Source of the DNA: Syntrophorhabdaceae bacterium
GTDB taxonomy: Bacteria; Desulfobacterota; Syntrophorhabdia; Syntrophorhabdales; Syntrophorhabdaceae
Length of the DNA stretch: 64,000 bases
Assembly (NCBI GenBank): GCA_963666485.2
Contig: CAXXUO010000003.1
Span: 64,001-128,000, forward strand
Direction: 5' to 3'
Shown here: positions 47,706 through 60,609 of the stretch, piece by piece
Layout of the letters: each line of letters opens with the position of its first letter
Position numbering within the stretch: position 1 is the first letter of the stretch
Notes under the pieces: generated by a model
Databases searched by the model: none
The model's input: the letters and a program-made list of their open reading frames with translations, nothing else
Told to the model about the DNA's origin: nothing
Program-made: the position numbers and the translations under genes

Positions 47706-48134
47706 TTATTCCTGTTTCAGCATGGCCATTATACGTGCCTCTGCCACGACATCTTTCTCCACGTAGGCCTTTGCGTCGAATACCCAGATCTCCCGCCTGT
47801 GCTTCACCACCTCGACGACGAATCTCAGCTGGTCACCGGGGATCACGGGTTTGCGAAAGCGTGCTCCGTCTATTCCTGTGAAAAAGACCGAACCTTTCAT
47901 ACCGGGGAACGATTTGAAAGCCAGTACACCACCCGCCTGCGCCATGGCCTCCAGGATAAGGACGCCGGGCATGATGGGCCTGCCGGGGAAATGGCCTTGA
48001 AAAAAAGGCTCATTCAGGGTGACATTCTTTATTGCTACGATCCTTTTCGCCTCTTCGAGTTCGAGCACTCTGTCGACCAGAAGGAATGGATATTTATGAG
48101 GCAGCAGGTCCAGGATCTCGTTTATGTCAATCAT
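47706..48134 (-). CDS. fabZ: 3-hydroxyacyl-ACP dehydratase
   Basis: [29 protein letters not shown]. Confidence 0.97.
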   Translation of the reverse strand: MIDINEILDLLPHKYPFLLVDRVLELEEAKRIVAIKNVTLNEPFFQGHFPGRPIMPGVLILEAMAQAGGVLAFKSFPGMKGSVFFTGIDGARFRKPVIPGDQLRFVVEVVKHRREIWVFDAKAYVEKDVVAEARIMAMLKQE

Positions 48135-49161
48135 CGGTGTCCTCCGCAGGCAGTTTTTTCTCGATCTCTTTGATCCTCTCAAACAGGTCGGGAAGTCTCT
48201 TGATATAGATCTGAAGCTTCATCCATTCTTTGTGGGGCATGTGGGGTGTGCCCCAGATGATGGAACCGGCCGGGACATCTTTCGTTATACCTGTTCCACC
48301 CCCCGCCATGACGCCATCCCCGATCGTGACATGGTCCCGTACCCCTGCCTGTCCGGCGAGGACCACGTTGTTCCCTATGCGTGAACTGCCGGCGATCCCG
48401 ACCTGTGAAACGATTATCGAATTCTGGCCAATGGTCACATTGTGGGCGATCTGGACCAGATTGTCGATCTTCGTCCCCTTGCCAATAACGGTCTTTTCCA
48501 GTGAGGCCCGATCTATCGCCGTGTTTGCGCCTATCTCCACATCGTCCTCGATAATAACCGAGCCGAGCTGGGGTATCTTGGCGTGCTTCGCCCCGTCCCA
48601 GGTATAGCCGAACCCGTCTCCGGCTATGACCGTATTTGCGTGGATTATGACATTTCGACCGATCGTCGTATCACGGTATATGGTGACATGCGGGTAAATA
48701 ATGCTGCCTTGTCCTATAGTAACGTTCGGGCCGATATAAACGAAAGGGTAGATAGTGGCGTCGTCATCGATCCGAACCTTGTCCTCTATGAACGCAAACG
48801 CCCCCACTGAAGCGCTCGGGGCAATGACGGCCCCTTTGCTGACCGAGGCGAGGGGATGTATCCCCGGTTTAACAGGGGAACTTTGCTCAAACATACCTGC
48901 AACAGAGATATATGCCAGTTCGGGATTGTCAACGATGACAATGTTTTTGACCGCCCCGACATCGGCAAGAGGAGTTTTCTTGCCGATGATAAGGGCGGAA
49001 GCCTTGCATTCGGGGATAGACTTTATGTAGCTGGCATGCGTGAGGAAGGTAATCTCTCCCTCAACCGCGCTCTGAATACCCGCGATCCCGCCGATCGGGA
49101 TATCTCCGTCACCGATCAGATCCCCCTTGACCGAGGCAGCGATATCCTTAAGCGTGATCAT
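48127..49161 (-). CDS. lpxD: UDP-3-O-acylglucosamine N-acyltransferase
   Basis: [17 protein letters not shown]. Confidence 0.96.
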   Translation of the reverse strand: MITLKDIAASVKGDLIGDGDIPIGGIAGIQSAVEGEITFLTHASYIKSIPECKASALIIGKKTPLADVGAVKNIVIVDNPELAYISVAGMFEQSSPVKPGIHPLASVSKGAVIAPSASVGAFAFIEDKVRIDDDATIYPFVYIGPNVTIGQGSIIYPHVTIYRDTTIGRNVIIHANTVIAGDGFGYTWDGAKHAKIPQLGSVIIEDDVEIGANTAIDRASLEKTVIGKGTKIDNLVQIAHNVTIGQNSIIVSQVGIAGSSRIGNNVVLAGQAGVRDHVTIGDGVMAGGGTGITKDVPAGSIIWGTPHMPHKEWMKLQIYIKRLPDLFERIKEIEKKLPAEDTDD

Positions 49162-49697
49162 TATCTGATGGGTTTCTTTTTCGCAGACTCGTTAAAAAGA
49201 GTGATAACCCTGTTCGTAATATCGATCGATGGGGTAGCGAAAAGGATGCCTGCCTGGCTTTTCTCAAGGATCAGCGTGTATTTCTCTTTTTCGCCCAGGG
49301 CCTTCACAACCTCTTCGACCTGTTTCAAGACCTTCTGAGTGAATTCCATGTCTTTTTGCTGCAGCTCGGCCTGGTAATCATTGTAAAGCCTTTGATAATC
49401 CTTGAGCTTTGCCTGGTAGTCTTTTTCTTTCTGGGCCCGCGCCTCCGGTGTTATTGTGGCGCCCTGTTTTTCAACAGCATCTTTCAATCTCTGGAGTTCC
49501 GCCTGTTTACTGTCGAGTGAGCCTTTCAGCCTTTCAGCTTCCTTTGTCAATGAGCCGCGGATCTGTTTACCGGGTTCCGATTCAAGCATTACTTTTTGCA
49601 GGTCTATATAGGCGATACCGATCGCTGATTGGCTTTTCGCTGCAAGCGGTGTGAGCAGGATCATCACGACAAAAAAGATTGTAAAACAATGTTTCAT
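49161..49697 (-). CDS. skp: OmpH/Skp periplasmic chaperone
   Basis: Signal peptide, IAYIDLQKV, coiled coil, DIT; between bamA and lpxD. Confidence 0.92.
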   Translation of the reverse strand: MKHCFTIFFVVMILLTPLAAKSQSAIGIAYIDLQKVMLESEPGKQIRGSLTKEAERLKGSLDSKQAELQRLKDAVEKQGATITPEARAQKEKDYQAKLKDYQRLYNDYQAELQQKDMEFTQKVLKQVEEVVKALGEKEKYTLILEKSQAGILFATPSIDITNRVITLFNESAKKKPIR

Positions 49698-49709
49698 AAA
49701 GCCTCCTTA

Positions 49710-51959
49710 CTAATATTGGGTGCCGATCGTAAAATCGAAAAGACTTTTCCTCTCCCCTTCCTGGGGATTGAGGTTCCAGCCGTATTCCAGGCGGATGGGG
49801 CCCATGGGAGAGAACCAGCGCAGGCCAATACCGCCGGTGGTCCTCATCCTGAGGCTGTTCCAACTGTCAAAGCCGGCACCTGTATCAAAGAAGATGACAC
49901 CTTTGACGCTCGCTGGTTTATAGATGGGAAAGATCCATTCGAAATTAAAGAACATTTGATTCTTCGCGCCGATGGGCTCGCCATTTTCATCTGTCGGGCC
50001 GGCTTCACCATAACGGAAGCCGCGGATAGAGTTAATGCCGCCGACATAAAATTTCTCAGTAATAGGAACCTCGCGGCCACTATATGCCGTAATACTACCA
50101 AGAGTTCCCTTGGCAAAGAACGCGCTGTCCATGAATTTGATAGGAAAATATCTTCCATAATAGGCCGTACTGCTGACAAAATAGGCATCACCGCCCAATA
50201 TGCCACCGGCAGTTTCCACGCTTATACCAGTATTAAACCCTTTTGACGGATCCTGGATATTATCGATGGTGTTTTGATTAAGGGCGAACGTTAAACTGCT
50301 CGTAAGGGTGGTACCTTCCTGCGCCTTGATATATGTGCTTGCATCAGGACTTATGTTTTCTACATCCACATTTTCGAGGCGGTACCTGACGCTGGTCCTG
50401 ACGGTATCGGTCAGCGGCTTGATAAGGGAAATATTGCCGCCGGTCCTCATATAATCGTACGTATCCATATACCGCTTGAAATTATAAAGGCTTGTCCCCA
50501 TGTCCATCTTTTTGTCAAATATGTATGGTTCCAGATACGTCAATCTGAACTCATTGGTGTAACCGCTCAAACCTGCATAGAGCGAAACTTTCCTGCCGGT
50601 CCCGAAGAAATTATCTTCCGATATGGAACCTGAGACGATCACCTTGTCCACCGTACTGTAACCTGCGCCGACACTGAAGGTTCCGGTTGGCTTTTCCTCG
50701 ACGTTCAGGTCTACATTCACTTTTTGCGGGTCGTCGGTCTTAACGATCTTGAAATCGGTATCTTTGAAAAATGTTGTATTTTTTAACTTTTTCTTGCTGT
50801 CTTTGATACCGGTGATAGAGAACCGGTCTCCTTCCGCAAATTTCAGTTCACGCCTGATGACCTTGTCACGGGTCCGCTTGTTCCCGACAATATTGATGCG
50901 GTTAAAGTAGACTTCCTGGTTTTTCGTTACGTTGAACGTGGCATTGACGATATGGTTCTGGTCGTCGATCATTGTCATCGGGGAAACTTCGGCAAATGCG
51001 TACCCCTTATCCTGGTACATATCCGTGATTGTCAGGACATCTTCATAAAAAATCGTGCTTCTGAACGTGTCGCCCGGCTTTGTTTTTATCCGCTTGAGCA
51101 ATTCTTCCTGGGGGATTATGATGTCGCCGGCAAATTCGATCGTACCTACTTTATGAATGACGCCTTCTTCAATTGCGGTTGTAATAGTTATGCTTTTGCC
51201 GTCCTTGGATAGCGCAACTTCGGGTACGCCCACCTTGACCTTGGTATATCCCTTGTCATGATAAAATGCCTCAATATTTCTGCGGTCGGAATTCAGTGTG
51301 TCTTCATCCAGTATGCCGGAACCTGTAAACCAGGAAAGCCACCCTTTTTCCTTGGTCTGCATAAAGCCTCTTAACGTGCTGTCTTTAAAATGCTCATTTC
51401 CGGTAAAAGTGATCTTCCTGACGTAGGACTGTTGCGGTTCATCTATAACGAAAGTTACGGTCGCATCATACTTCTCGCCGTAGTCGATATTGTACGTGAT
51501 CCTGGCAGCATAGTATCCCTTGCTGGAATACAACTTCCTGATCTCATCCATGCTTTCCTTGACCTTCTCGATGTTGAGAACGGTCCCGGTCTTTATTTTT
51601 ACCTTGTCGATAACATCGTCCGTTTTGATCTTTTTATTCCCGGACACCAGGATGGACTTTACGGGAGGCCTCTCGATAACGACAAACGTTATAATCTTTC
51701 CTTTGTCGGAGTCCTTGATGTCGATCTGGACATCGCTGAAAAAGCCGGTCCTGTAAATACTCTTCATGTCCTCACGGATTTTGTCAAGGTTGTACGCGTC
51801 GCCTTCTTTCGTCTTGATATTATTTGTAATGACAGCGGTATCGACGCGCTCATTGCCCGTAACTTCGACCTTGGCGACCCGTTCAGATTCCTGGGCGACA
51901 ATTATGGCAGGAAGGCACAAAATCAACAGCAATATGATGAGGCTCTTCAATTTTCCCAT
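49710..51959 (-). CDS. bamA: Outer membrane protein assembly factor BamA
   Basis: Five POTRA domains, FYVGGINSIRGF, SPMGPIRLEYG. Confidence 0.96.
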   Translation of the reverse strand: MGKLKSLIILLLILCLPAIIVAQESERVAKVEVTGNERVDTAVITNNIKTKEGDAYNLDKIREDMKSIYRTGFFSDVQIDIKDSDKGKIITFVVIERPPVKSILVSGNKKIKTDDVIDKVKIKTGTVLNIEKVKESMDEIRKLYSSKGYYAARITYNIDYGEKYDATVTFVIDEPQQSYVRKITFTGNEHFKDSTLRGFMQTKEKGWLSWFTGSGILDEDTLNSDRRNIEAFYHDKGYTKVKVGVPEVALSKDGKSITITTAIEEGVIHKVGTIEFAGDIIIPQEELLKRIKTKPGDTFRSTIFYEDVLTITDMYQDKGYAFAEVSPMTMIDDQNHIVNATFNVTKNQEVYFNRINIVGNKRTRDKVIRRELKFAEGDRFSITGIKDSKKKLKNTTFFKDTDFKIVKTDDPQKVNVDLNVEEKPTGTFSVGAGYSTVDKVIVSGSISEDNFFGTGRKVSLYAGLSGYTNEFRLTYLEPYIFDKKMDMGTSLYNFKRYMDTYDYMRTGGNISLIKPLTDTVRTSVRYRLENVDVENISPDASTYIKAQEGTTLTSSLTFALNQNTIDNIQDPSKGFNTGISVETAGGILGGDAYFVSSTAYYGRYFPIKFMDSAFFAKGTLGSITAYSGREVPITEKFYVGGINSIRGFRYGEAGPTDENGEPIGAKNQMFFNFEWIFPIYKPASVKGVIFFDTGAGFDSWNSLRMRTTGGIGLRWFSPMGPIRLEYGWNLNPQEGERKSLFDFTIGTQY

Positions 51960-52014
51960 ATGATTGCAAAATTACCAAATAAACGCCTGTTTTGTAAAGG
52001 TAAAAAATTAATAA

Positions 52015-52500
52015 ATGCTACAGGCTGGAATTGGCCACGGGGAATATGGTAATTTCAGCGAAATTATGTTCCTTTTCCCTGCATGGATCCTTTTTGCCGG
52101 CGCAGTGCTTGTCCTGACTGCGGGAGCGCTGAAGGCGGGACGGGCAACTCTGTGGATTATTTCTTTTTTGGCCGCGTTGAGCTCCGTAATGACCTTGTTT
52201 CCTTTCCTGTTTTTCAGCCAACCCCGGAGTGTCGGGTATTTCCGGGACCTCCTGGTGTTCCGGATAGAACTTGTCACGTGCGCTGCCGCCTTTTGCCTGT
52301 CTGCGGCCGCAGCGGGGTTTATCGGCTGGCTAGCCGCGAATTACCGGGAGACCGGACTTCACCGGGTCTTCGCTTTGTTGCTGTTTGGAATGACCTTTGC
52401 CACCGCCAGTATATTTGCCGCCAACCCGGCTTCGATGGTGCTCTGCTCAGCCCTCACCGTGGCGGTATTGGTCTTTTTGAGGAAGGAAATCCGGAACTGA
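52015..52500 (+). CDS. Hypothetical membrane protein
   Basis: Several hydrophobic segments; fills the gap between bamA and nth; start may be 52066. Confidence 0.65.
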   Translation: MLQAGIGHGEYGNFSEIMFLFPAWILFAGAVLVLTAGALKAGRATLWIISFLAALSSVMTLFPFLFFSQPRSVGYFRDLLVFRIELVTCAAAFCLSAAAAGFIGWLAANYRETGLHRVFALLLFGMTFATASIFAANPASMVLCSALTVAVLVFLRKEIRN

Positions 52501-52501
52501 T

Positions 52502-52611
52502 CGTTCTGCGTTCTGCGTTCTACGTTCTACGTTTCCGATACATAAATTGTTTTCTATGGTACAAGATTCACAATTTTTTAACCTGGAACGCAGAACGTAG
52601 AACGCAGAACG
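52502..52611. repeat. Minimal heptamer-armed cassette (CGTTCTR / YAGAACG)
   Basis: Arms 52502-52536 and 52584-52611 between two convergent stop codons. Confidence 0.92.
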
Positions 52612-52616
52612 TTTTT

Positions 52617-53279
52617 TTATCTTGACCGCTCCACCCCTCTTTTTTCGCACATACCTTCAAGCGGGCAGATGCTGCATTTCGGGGACAGGGGGGTGCAAAT
52701 CCTTTTACCAAACGTGACAAGGAGAGCATTGTATATTATCCAGTACTTCCGGGGCAATTTTTTTCGCAATTCCTCTTCGGTCTGGTGAGGGTTCTTTGTC
52801 GATACGACGCCGAGCCGGTTTGAGATCCTGTGGACATGCGTGTCGACGCAGATGCCGGGTTTTCCGTACCCTTCGGTGACCACGAGGTTGGCCGTTTTTC
52901 GCCCCACTCCCCTGATCTTGATCAACTCCTCTATCGTGTCAGGGACGATGCCGCCGTATGAATTAATTATTTCAGCTGCGACCTCTTTGAGGCCCTTCGC
53001 CTTGTTCCTGTAAAAACCAACCGGGTAGATGAGTTTTTCCAGTTCCGCGACCGGCATGTCGATGAGGTCCTGCGGACTTTTAATGCGCGGCATGAGGGCG
53101 GTCATCACCTTCTCGGTAGTCTCGTCCTTTGTTCTCAGGCTAAGGAGCGTACCCACAAGGATCACAAAAGGATCTCTTTTTGTATCGCGGGAAAGCCGCG
53201 TAATAACCGGGGCTGCCTCCTCAGGAAACAACTCCGTCAGTATTGTCATCATTTTATGGAAGGAAAAATTTGATTTCAT
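52617..53279 (-). CDS. nth: Endonuclease III
   Basis: HhH GVGRKTA, VDTHVHR, C-x6-C-x2-C-x5-C Fe-S motif. Confidence 0.95.
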   Translation of the reverse strand: MKSNFSFHKMMTILTELFPEEAAPVITRLSRDTKRDPFVILVGTLLSLRTKDETTEKVMTALMPRIKSPQDLIDMPVAELEKLIYPVGFYRNKAKGLKEVAAEIINSYGGIVPDTIEELIKIRGVGRKTANLVVTEGYGKPGICVDTHVHRISNRLGVVSTKNPHQTEEELRKKLPRKYWIIYNALLVTFGKRICTPLSPKCSICPLEGMCEKRGVERSR

Positions 53280-53731
53280 GGCTTATTACCCATACCCATT
53301 ACTTCCTTTATCCACATCTTCATCTCATCCGCATGGGAGCCTTCCCAGTATACCCTCCGGCAGGACGGGCAAACCTTGAAGGCGTCGTGATGATGATAAA
53401 TATACTCTGGAACGAGAGGCTCTATCTCGTCTTTCGTCGCGGTGACCAGGCAAACGTTGCATTCGATGCATCGTGTCATTAATTCCCTAATGTTTACATA
53501 TGGTTGAATATGATCTCTTATCTCCATGATCTGTTCGTGAGGGTCGTTGCTGTGGATCAGGACGACCCCGGGGCGGCCTGTATGTGAAGTTTTCTTCGTG
53601 AAAATGGTGGATTCCCCGCTTCCGGCAACCTGTACCGCATCTTCACCCTGCCGTATGTAAGGGGCGTCAAGCCCGAGCATCCGCAGGTAGCGGGCCAGTT
53701 TGCCGAGCATTACGTCACATATAAATATCAT
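53276..53731 (-). CDS. Mut7-C RNase-domain (PIN + Zn ribbon) protein
   Basis: DVMLGKLARYLRMLG, RCIECN, CPSCRRVYWEGSH. Confidence 0.9.
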   Translation of the reverse strand: MIFICDVMLGKLARYLRMLGLDAPYIRQGEDAVQVAGSGESTIFTKKTSHTGRPGVVLIHSNDPHEQIMEIRDHIQPYVNIRELMTRCIECNVCLVTATKDEIEPLVPEYIYHHHDAFKVCPSCRRVYWEGSHADEMKMWIKEVMGMGNKP

Positions 53732-54984
53732 CTTTTTACGAGATCGCGCGCAATTTCGCCGGCCTTTGCCATGATCTCGTCTTCACCGGGAACGATGCGG
53801 TTCTCCATGACAACCTCACCGTTGCAAATGACGGTATCCACAGCTGAGCCGTTCGTTGCGTACACCATGTCGGAGTAGAGTTCGAAATTGGGAACGAACT
53901 CGGGCCTGTCGAGGTCGATAAGTATAATGTCGGGGCTGGAACCCTCTTCGATGGACCATCTGCCCAGGCGGAAAATGTCTGCAGCCGTTTGTGTCGCCAT
54001 CCCGAAAGTTTGCCGGGCGGGCAGCATCGTCGGGTCGGACGAGGAGAATTTGGCGAGCAATGATGCGAATTTCATTGTCTCGAGGATATCCAGGTGATTG
54101 TTCGACGCGCACCCGTCTGTTCCGAAACAGTACGGGATCCCGGCCTTCTGGACGAGGCGGTGCGGGAATATCTTTTCGACGGCAAGCTTCAGGTTCGAAA
54201 CGGGAACATGGACGAGCCTGGCGCCCCGCCTCCCCAGGACAGCTGTGTCGTTCTCGTCGAGCATGCAGCCGTGGCACCCTATGAAGCGCCCGGACAGGAT
54301 GCCCAGAGAATCGAGGAACGCCGTCGGCGAAACGCCGTATGTTTTGCGGCTAAAAACGGACTCGTTCTCGGTCTCGGCGAGATGCATATGAATAAGGATA
54401 TCATTTTCGGCTGAAAAATCGCGCATCCACTCAAGGCTTTGACGGGAGACAGTGTATATTGCATGCGGCCCGAACGTGAATGTCGCGTAGGGAGCGTATT
54501 CACCCGACACGGCGTGAAGATCGCGATTGATGGCGATCTGTTCGGCGCCTTTGGCGTTGTCGAACATATCGATGAAGACCGCGCTGATAAATCCCCGCAC
54601 TTTCGCGTCCCTGACCGCCCGCGCGGTGGCTTCCCAGTGCCAGTACATATCATTGAAAACGGTGACCCCGTTCTTGATCATCTCGAGACAGGCAAGACGC
54701 GCCCCCCAGTATACATCCTCGGCCGTCAGCTTCGCTTCCAGCACCCATATTTTTTCCTCGAGCCAGGCCTTGAGCGGCATATCATCGGCGAATCCCCGGA
54801 AAAGCGTCATTGCCGCGTGCGTGTGCCCGTTGATAAGGGAGGGCAGGGCAGCCTTGTTGCTGCCGTTTATGATCTTGTCGGCACGCCGTGAGGATGCAGG
54901 CGTTATTTCCCGTATCGTACCGTTCTCTATGAATATATCGGTAATGGACCCGTCAAGGAGGACATCTTTTATAAGGATGTTCAC
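53728..54984 (-). CDS. mtaD: 5'-methylthioadenosine/S-adenosylhomocysteine deaminase-like amidohydrolase
   Basis: HTH, PHAIY, HLAET, GTDGCASNN; coupled to an MTAP-family gene. Confidence 0.8.
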   Translation of the reverse strand: MNILIKDVLLDGSITDIFIENGTIREITPASSRRADKIINGSNKAALPSLINGHTHAAMTLFRGFADDMPLKAWLEEKIWVLEAKLTAEDVYWGARLACLEMIKNGVTVFNDMYWHWEATARAVRDAKVRGFISAVFIDMFDNAKGAEQIAINRDLHAVSGEYAPYATFTFGPHAIYTVSRQSLEWMRDFSAENDILIHMHLAETENESVFSRKTYGVSPTAFLDSLGILSGRFIGCHGCMLDENDTAVLGRRGARLVHVPVSNLKLAVEKIFPHRLVQKAGIPYCFGTDGCASNNHLDILETMKFASLLAKFSSSDPTMLPARQTFGMATQTAADIFRLGRWSIEEGSSPDIILIDLDRPEFVPNFELYSDMVYATNGSAVDTVICNGEVVMENRIVPGEDEIMAKAGEIARDLVKR

Positions 54985-55676
54985 GCGGCCATCCTGCCTA
55001 TGAATGTGTCAAGTATACTTTCGATCGTCCGGGTGTTGTTCCGGACATTGGCCATTATTTCGTCCATTGTAAGCGGTACGTTATGTATCCCGTGGCAATA
55101 ATTGTCGACCGAGCATATGCTGGCATAGGGCAGTTCCCGTTCCATCGCAAGCGTCGCCTCCGAGGCGAGGGTCATGCCGACAATATCACCAAAGTTTTTC
55201 AGTATTTTTATCTCGGCCCGCGTTTCCAGCCGCGGCCCGATGGTCTGGACATAGATACCGCCCATCCTGACAGAGTTCGTATGTATCGCGCATATGCCAT
55301 GAACATCCCGGGCAAACGCCTCGTCCATCGCCGGGACCATGAAACGGGCCTCGTCATCGAAAAATGTTTCGACGTGCCACGGGCAGACGAAGTCATCAGG
55401 GACTACGAGGGTGCCCGGACTGATCTCTTCTTTCAGGCTGCCCACGGAATTGATTGCCAGAATTTTCTGCACCCCGAGGTCGTTGAGGGCTGTAACGTTG
55501 GCCTTGTGATTGATCCTGTGCGGAGGCAGGCAGGGATTGCCATGCCGCTGCAGGAACACCGCATTGTCAGATCTTTTCAATGCAACGGTACCGAACCGCG
55601 TAGACACCGTGACATCGCGCCATTCGTTAAAGTTTGCGGTGTTGAGAAGGGAGGTGCCGCCAATGATTGCGATCAT
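54981..55676 (-). CDS. MTAP-family purine nucleoside phosphorylase (MTA/MTI phosphorylase)
   Basis: IIGGT, RHG, GPRLETRAE, VGMT, VDNY. Confidence 0.88.
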   Translation of the reverse strand: MIAIIGGTSLLNTANFNEWRDVTVSTRFGTVALKRSDNAVFLQRHGNPCLPPHRINHKANVTALNDLGVQKILAINSVGSLKEEISPGTLVVPDDFVCPWHVETFFDDEARFMVPAMDEAFARDVHGICAIHTNSVRMGGIYVQTIGPRLETRAEIKILKNFGDIVGMTLASEATLAMERELPYASICSVDNYCHGIHNVPLTMDEIMANVRNNTRTIESILDTFIGRMAA

Positions 55677-55720
55677 AATTTAATGTTTGTACAGGGAATG
55701 GGGGGATGAGTCAATAGAAA

Positions 55721-55764
55721 ACAGAACGGCGTACGGCTAACGGCTAACGGCTAACGGCGAGCGG
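55721..55764. repeat. Unpaired heptamer array (ACGGCTA)
   Basis: ACGGCGT-ACGGCTA-ACGGCTA-ACGGCTA-ACGGCGA. Confidence 0.8.
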
Positions 55765-55838
55765 ATGGTTGTTTCGGGAAATTCTAAAGGATATGGTCGG
55801 CCGGGCTGGATATTTGCCGATATCTGATAAAAAAACCG

Positions 55839-57917
<2,079 letters not shown>

Positions 57918-58036
57918 TTACCCCACTATCTCACAGAGCTGAACTATGCCCGGTTTTACCGTACGAATATATAAAGCATTCCCGCCCTTTGCCGATAACA
58001 GTTACAGGCAAGTGCGCGGGGCAAGAGATCTGGGCG

Positions 58037-60076
58037 ATGAACGATGAACGGATGGACATGGGCTGTTTGCGTGGTTTTTACTTCAAGGTACTATCCTGCC
58101 TTTTTTTGACTTTCATTCTGGCATTTTCGGCTTATTCCGCGGAAGATCCTAAGTCCGGGAAACCGGACAGCCTCGCCGGACTCCCTATCGAGGAGTTGAT
58201 GGGGATCGACGTGTCTACAGTCCTCGGCGCGTCGCGGTACGAGCAGCGCATATCAGACGCACCGGCACCTATCAATATAGTAACGTCAGACGATATCAAG
58301 AGGTACGGATACCGCACCATGGCGGACTTGCTGAACAGCGTGCCCGGCCTGTACGTGACATATGACAGAAATTACAACTATCTCGGGTCGGGCGGATTTC
58401 TGCGGCAGGGTGACTACAACACGAGGATGCTGCTGCTTGTCGACGGTCACAGGATGAACAACAACATTTATGACACGGCCACTATCGGGCGGGAATTCAT
58501 CATAGACCTCGACCTCGTGGAGCGGGTCGAGATAATCCACGGCCCGGGATCGTCAGTCTATGGAAGCAACGCCTTCTTCGGCGTCATCAACGTGATAACG
58601 AAGACAGCATCACATATCAAGGGGCTGGAAATATCCGGTGAGGTCGCAAGTTTCGATACGGACAAAGAAAGAATAAGTTTTGGCCATAAATTCGGGAACG
58701 GGCTGGAAATGCTCCTTTCCGGTACCCGGTACCGCAGCAAGGGGCAGAATTTCTATTACAAGGAATTCAATCAGCCGGAGACGAATGCGGGCCGTTCAGA
58801 AAATAATGATCTCGAGAAATATTCTTCCTTCTTTGCCAACATAAAATACGCGGGATTCAGCATGCAGGGCGCATACGGCAGCCGGAGCAAAACGGTCCCC
58901 ACGGGCGCGTGGGGGACCGTGTTTAACGACGACCGCACGGAAACGACCGACGCGCAGGGCTATATCGATCTGAAGTACCAGAAGAAATTCGAAAATGCGC
59001 ATGAGCTGACAATGCGGGTTTTTTACGATTACTACCGCTATGATGGAAAATATCTTTTCGATTATCCTCCGGTCACCATGAACAAGGACCTGGCGGTGGG
59101 AAAATGGTGGGGCGCCGAAGGGCATTACACGGCACGTATAGCCGGAAAGCACACGGTGATAGGCGGCGTAGAGTACCGCGACAATTTTCTCCAGCATCAG
59201 AAAAATTATGATGAAAGCCCGTACGGTCTCTATCTTGACGAAAAAGGGTCATCGTACAGTATCGGCACGTATGCCCAGGGCGAATTCGTCCTCGGCGATA
59301 CGCTGCTTTTCAATGCCGGTCTCCGGTATGATTATTACAAAAATTTCAATGGCAATCTGAGCCCCAGGCTTGCCCTTATCTACACCCCTTTTGAAAAAAC
59401 AACTATCAAGCTCATCTACGGTGAAGCGTACCGCGTACCGAACATGTACGAGCTTTATTACACAGACGGGAATATCACCCAGAAAGCGAACCCGGCACTC
59501 GATCCCGAGACGATCCGGACATACCAGTTGGTCGTCGAGAAGTATATAAAGGATTATCGCCTTGCAATGACGGGATTCTACTATGACGTCGATAACCTTA
59601 TCAGTCTCCAGACGGACAGCGATGGTCTCCTGGTGTTCCGCAACACGTCACGGGCCGAAGGAAAAGGCGCCCGTTTCGAGATCGAGAAAAAATGGCCTGT
59701 GGGGATCGGGGGCAGATTTTCCTATTCCTACCAGGATGTGTCCAGCAGCGACGCATCTGTAAATTTCAGAAATTATCCCCGGCACCTGGCCAAGTTGAAT
59801 ATGTTCGGCCCCCTGATCAAGGACTGGCTCAGCACGGGCCTGGAATTCCTGTATGCAAGTCCCCAGCAGAATCTCAATTCCACCTGGGACGGGGGATACA
59901 CAACGATAAACGTGACGTTTCTGAGTGAAAAGATCTTTGGTCACCTGGACCTGTCTTTCAGCATTTATAACATTCTCGACAAGTCATACAGCAATCCGGG
60001 TTCCCGCGAACACCTGCAGAGCGACATTGGCCAGGACGGCAGGACGTTCAGGCTCAAAGCCACATACCGGTTCTGA
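58037..60076 (+). CDS. TonB-dependent receptor
   Basis: Plug motifs LLLVDG and VERVEIIHGPGSSVYGSNAFFGVINVIT; C-terminal YRF; start uncertain. Confidence 0.92.
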   Translation: MNDERMDMGCLRGFYFKVLSCLFLTFILAFSAYSAEDPKSGKPDSLAGLPIEELMGIDVSTVLGASRYEQRISDAPAPINIVTSDDIKRYGYRTMADLLNSVPGLYVTYDRNYNYLGSGGFLRQGDYNTRMLLLVDGHRMNNNIYDTATIGREFIIDLDLVERVEIIHGPGSSVYGSNAFFGVINVITKTASHIKGLEISGEVASFDTDKERISFGHKFGNGLEMLLSGTRYRSKGQNFYYKEFNQPETNAGRSENNDLEKYSSFFANIKYAGFSMQGAYGSRSKTVPTGAWGTVFNDDRTETTDAQGYIDLKYQKKFENAHELTMRVFYDYYRYDGKYLFDYPPVTMNKDLAVGKWWGAEGHYTARIAGKHTVIGGVEYRDNFLQHQKNYDESPYGLYLDEKGSSYSIGTYAQGEFVLGDTLLFNAGLRYDYYKNFNGNLSPRLALIYTPFEKTTIKLIYGEAYRVPNMYELYYTDGNITQKANPALDPETIRTYQLVVEKYIKDYRLAMTGFYYDVDNLISLQTDSDGLLVFRNTSRAEGKGARFEIEKKWPVGIGGRFSYSYQDVSSSDASVNFRNYPRHLAKLNMFGPLIKDWLSTGLEFLYASPQQNLNSTWDGGYTTINVTFLSEKIFGHLDLSFSIYNILDKSYSNPGSREHLQSDIGQDGRTFRLKATYRF

Positions 60077-60078
60077 GA

Positions 60079-60609
60079 ATGAAGATATTCGTCATTACTC
60101 TCATGATAGCGGGTTTCATCCTCCATCTGCCGATGTATGGAGAACCGAAAGAGTTTGACGAGTACGAGGTCAAAGCCGCCTTTCTCGGTAATTTCCTGAA
60201 ATTCATCGATTGGCCGAAGAAAGACCGCGAGGGCAGCAATTACCGGATCTGTATCTACGGGTCCGATCCTTTCGGCCAATATACCGAAAACATAGAGACA
60301 ACAAAGATACGGGGAAAACCCGTCCAGGTGAAAAGGCTCAGTGCGCTGAAGGCAGTCAACGAGTGCAGCGTACTCTTCATATCATCGTCTGAGAGACGGC
60401 GGGTCAGCTCGGTTCTTGACGCGGTCCGGGACCTCGATGTTGTCACTGTCGGCGACACGGAAGGGTACGCCAAGCAGGGCGTGATGTTCAATTTTTATAT
60501 CGAGGCGAGCAAGGTAAAGTTTGAGATCAATCTCGCATCGATAAAGAGGTCCAGGATATATGTGAGTTCCCAGCTGCTAAAGCTCGGAAGGATGGTCGAG
60601 CATGAGTAG
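60079..60609 (+). CDS. YfiR-family periplasmic regulator
   Basis: EYEVKAAFLGNFLKFIDWP, KFEINL, SSQLLKL. Confidence 0.9.
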   Translation: MKIFVITLMIAGFILHLPMYGEPKEFDEYEVKAAFLGNFLKFIDWPKKDREGSNYRICIYGSDPFGQYTENIETTKIRGKPVQVKRLSALKAVNECSVLFISSSERRRVSSVLDAVRDLDVVTVGDTEGYAKQGVMFNFYIEASKVKFEINLASIKRSRIYVSSQLLKLGRMVEHE

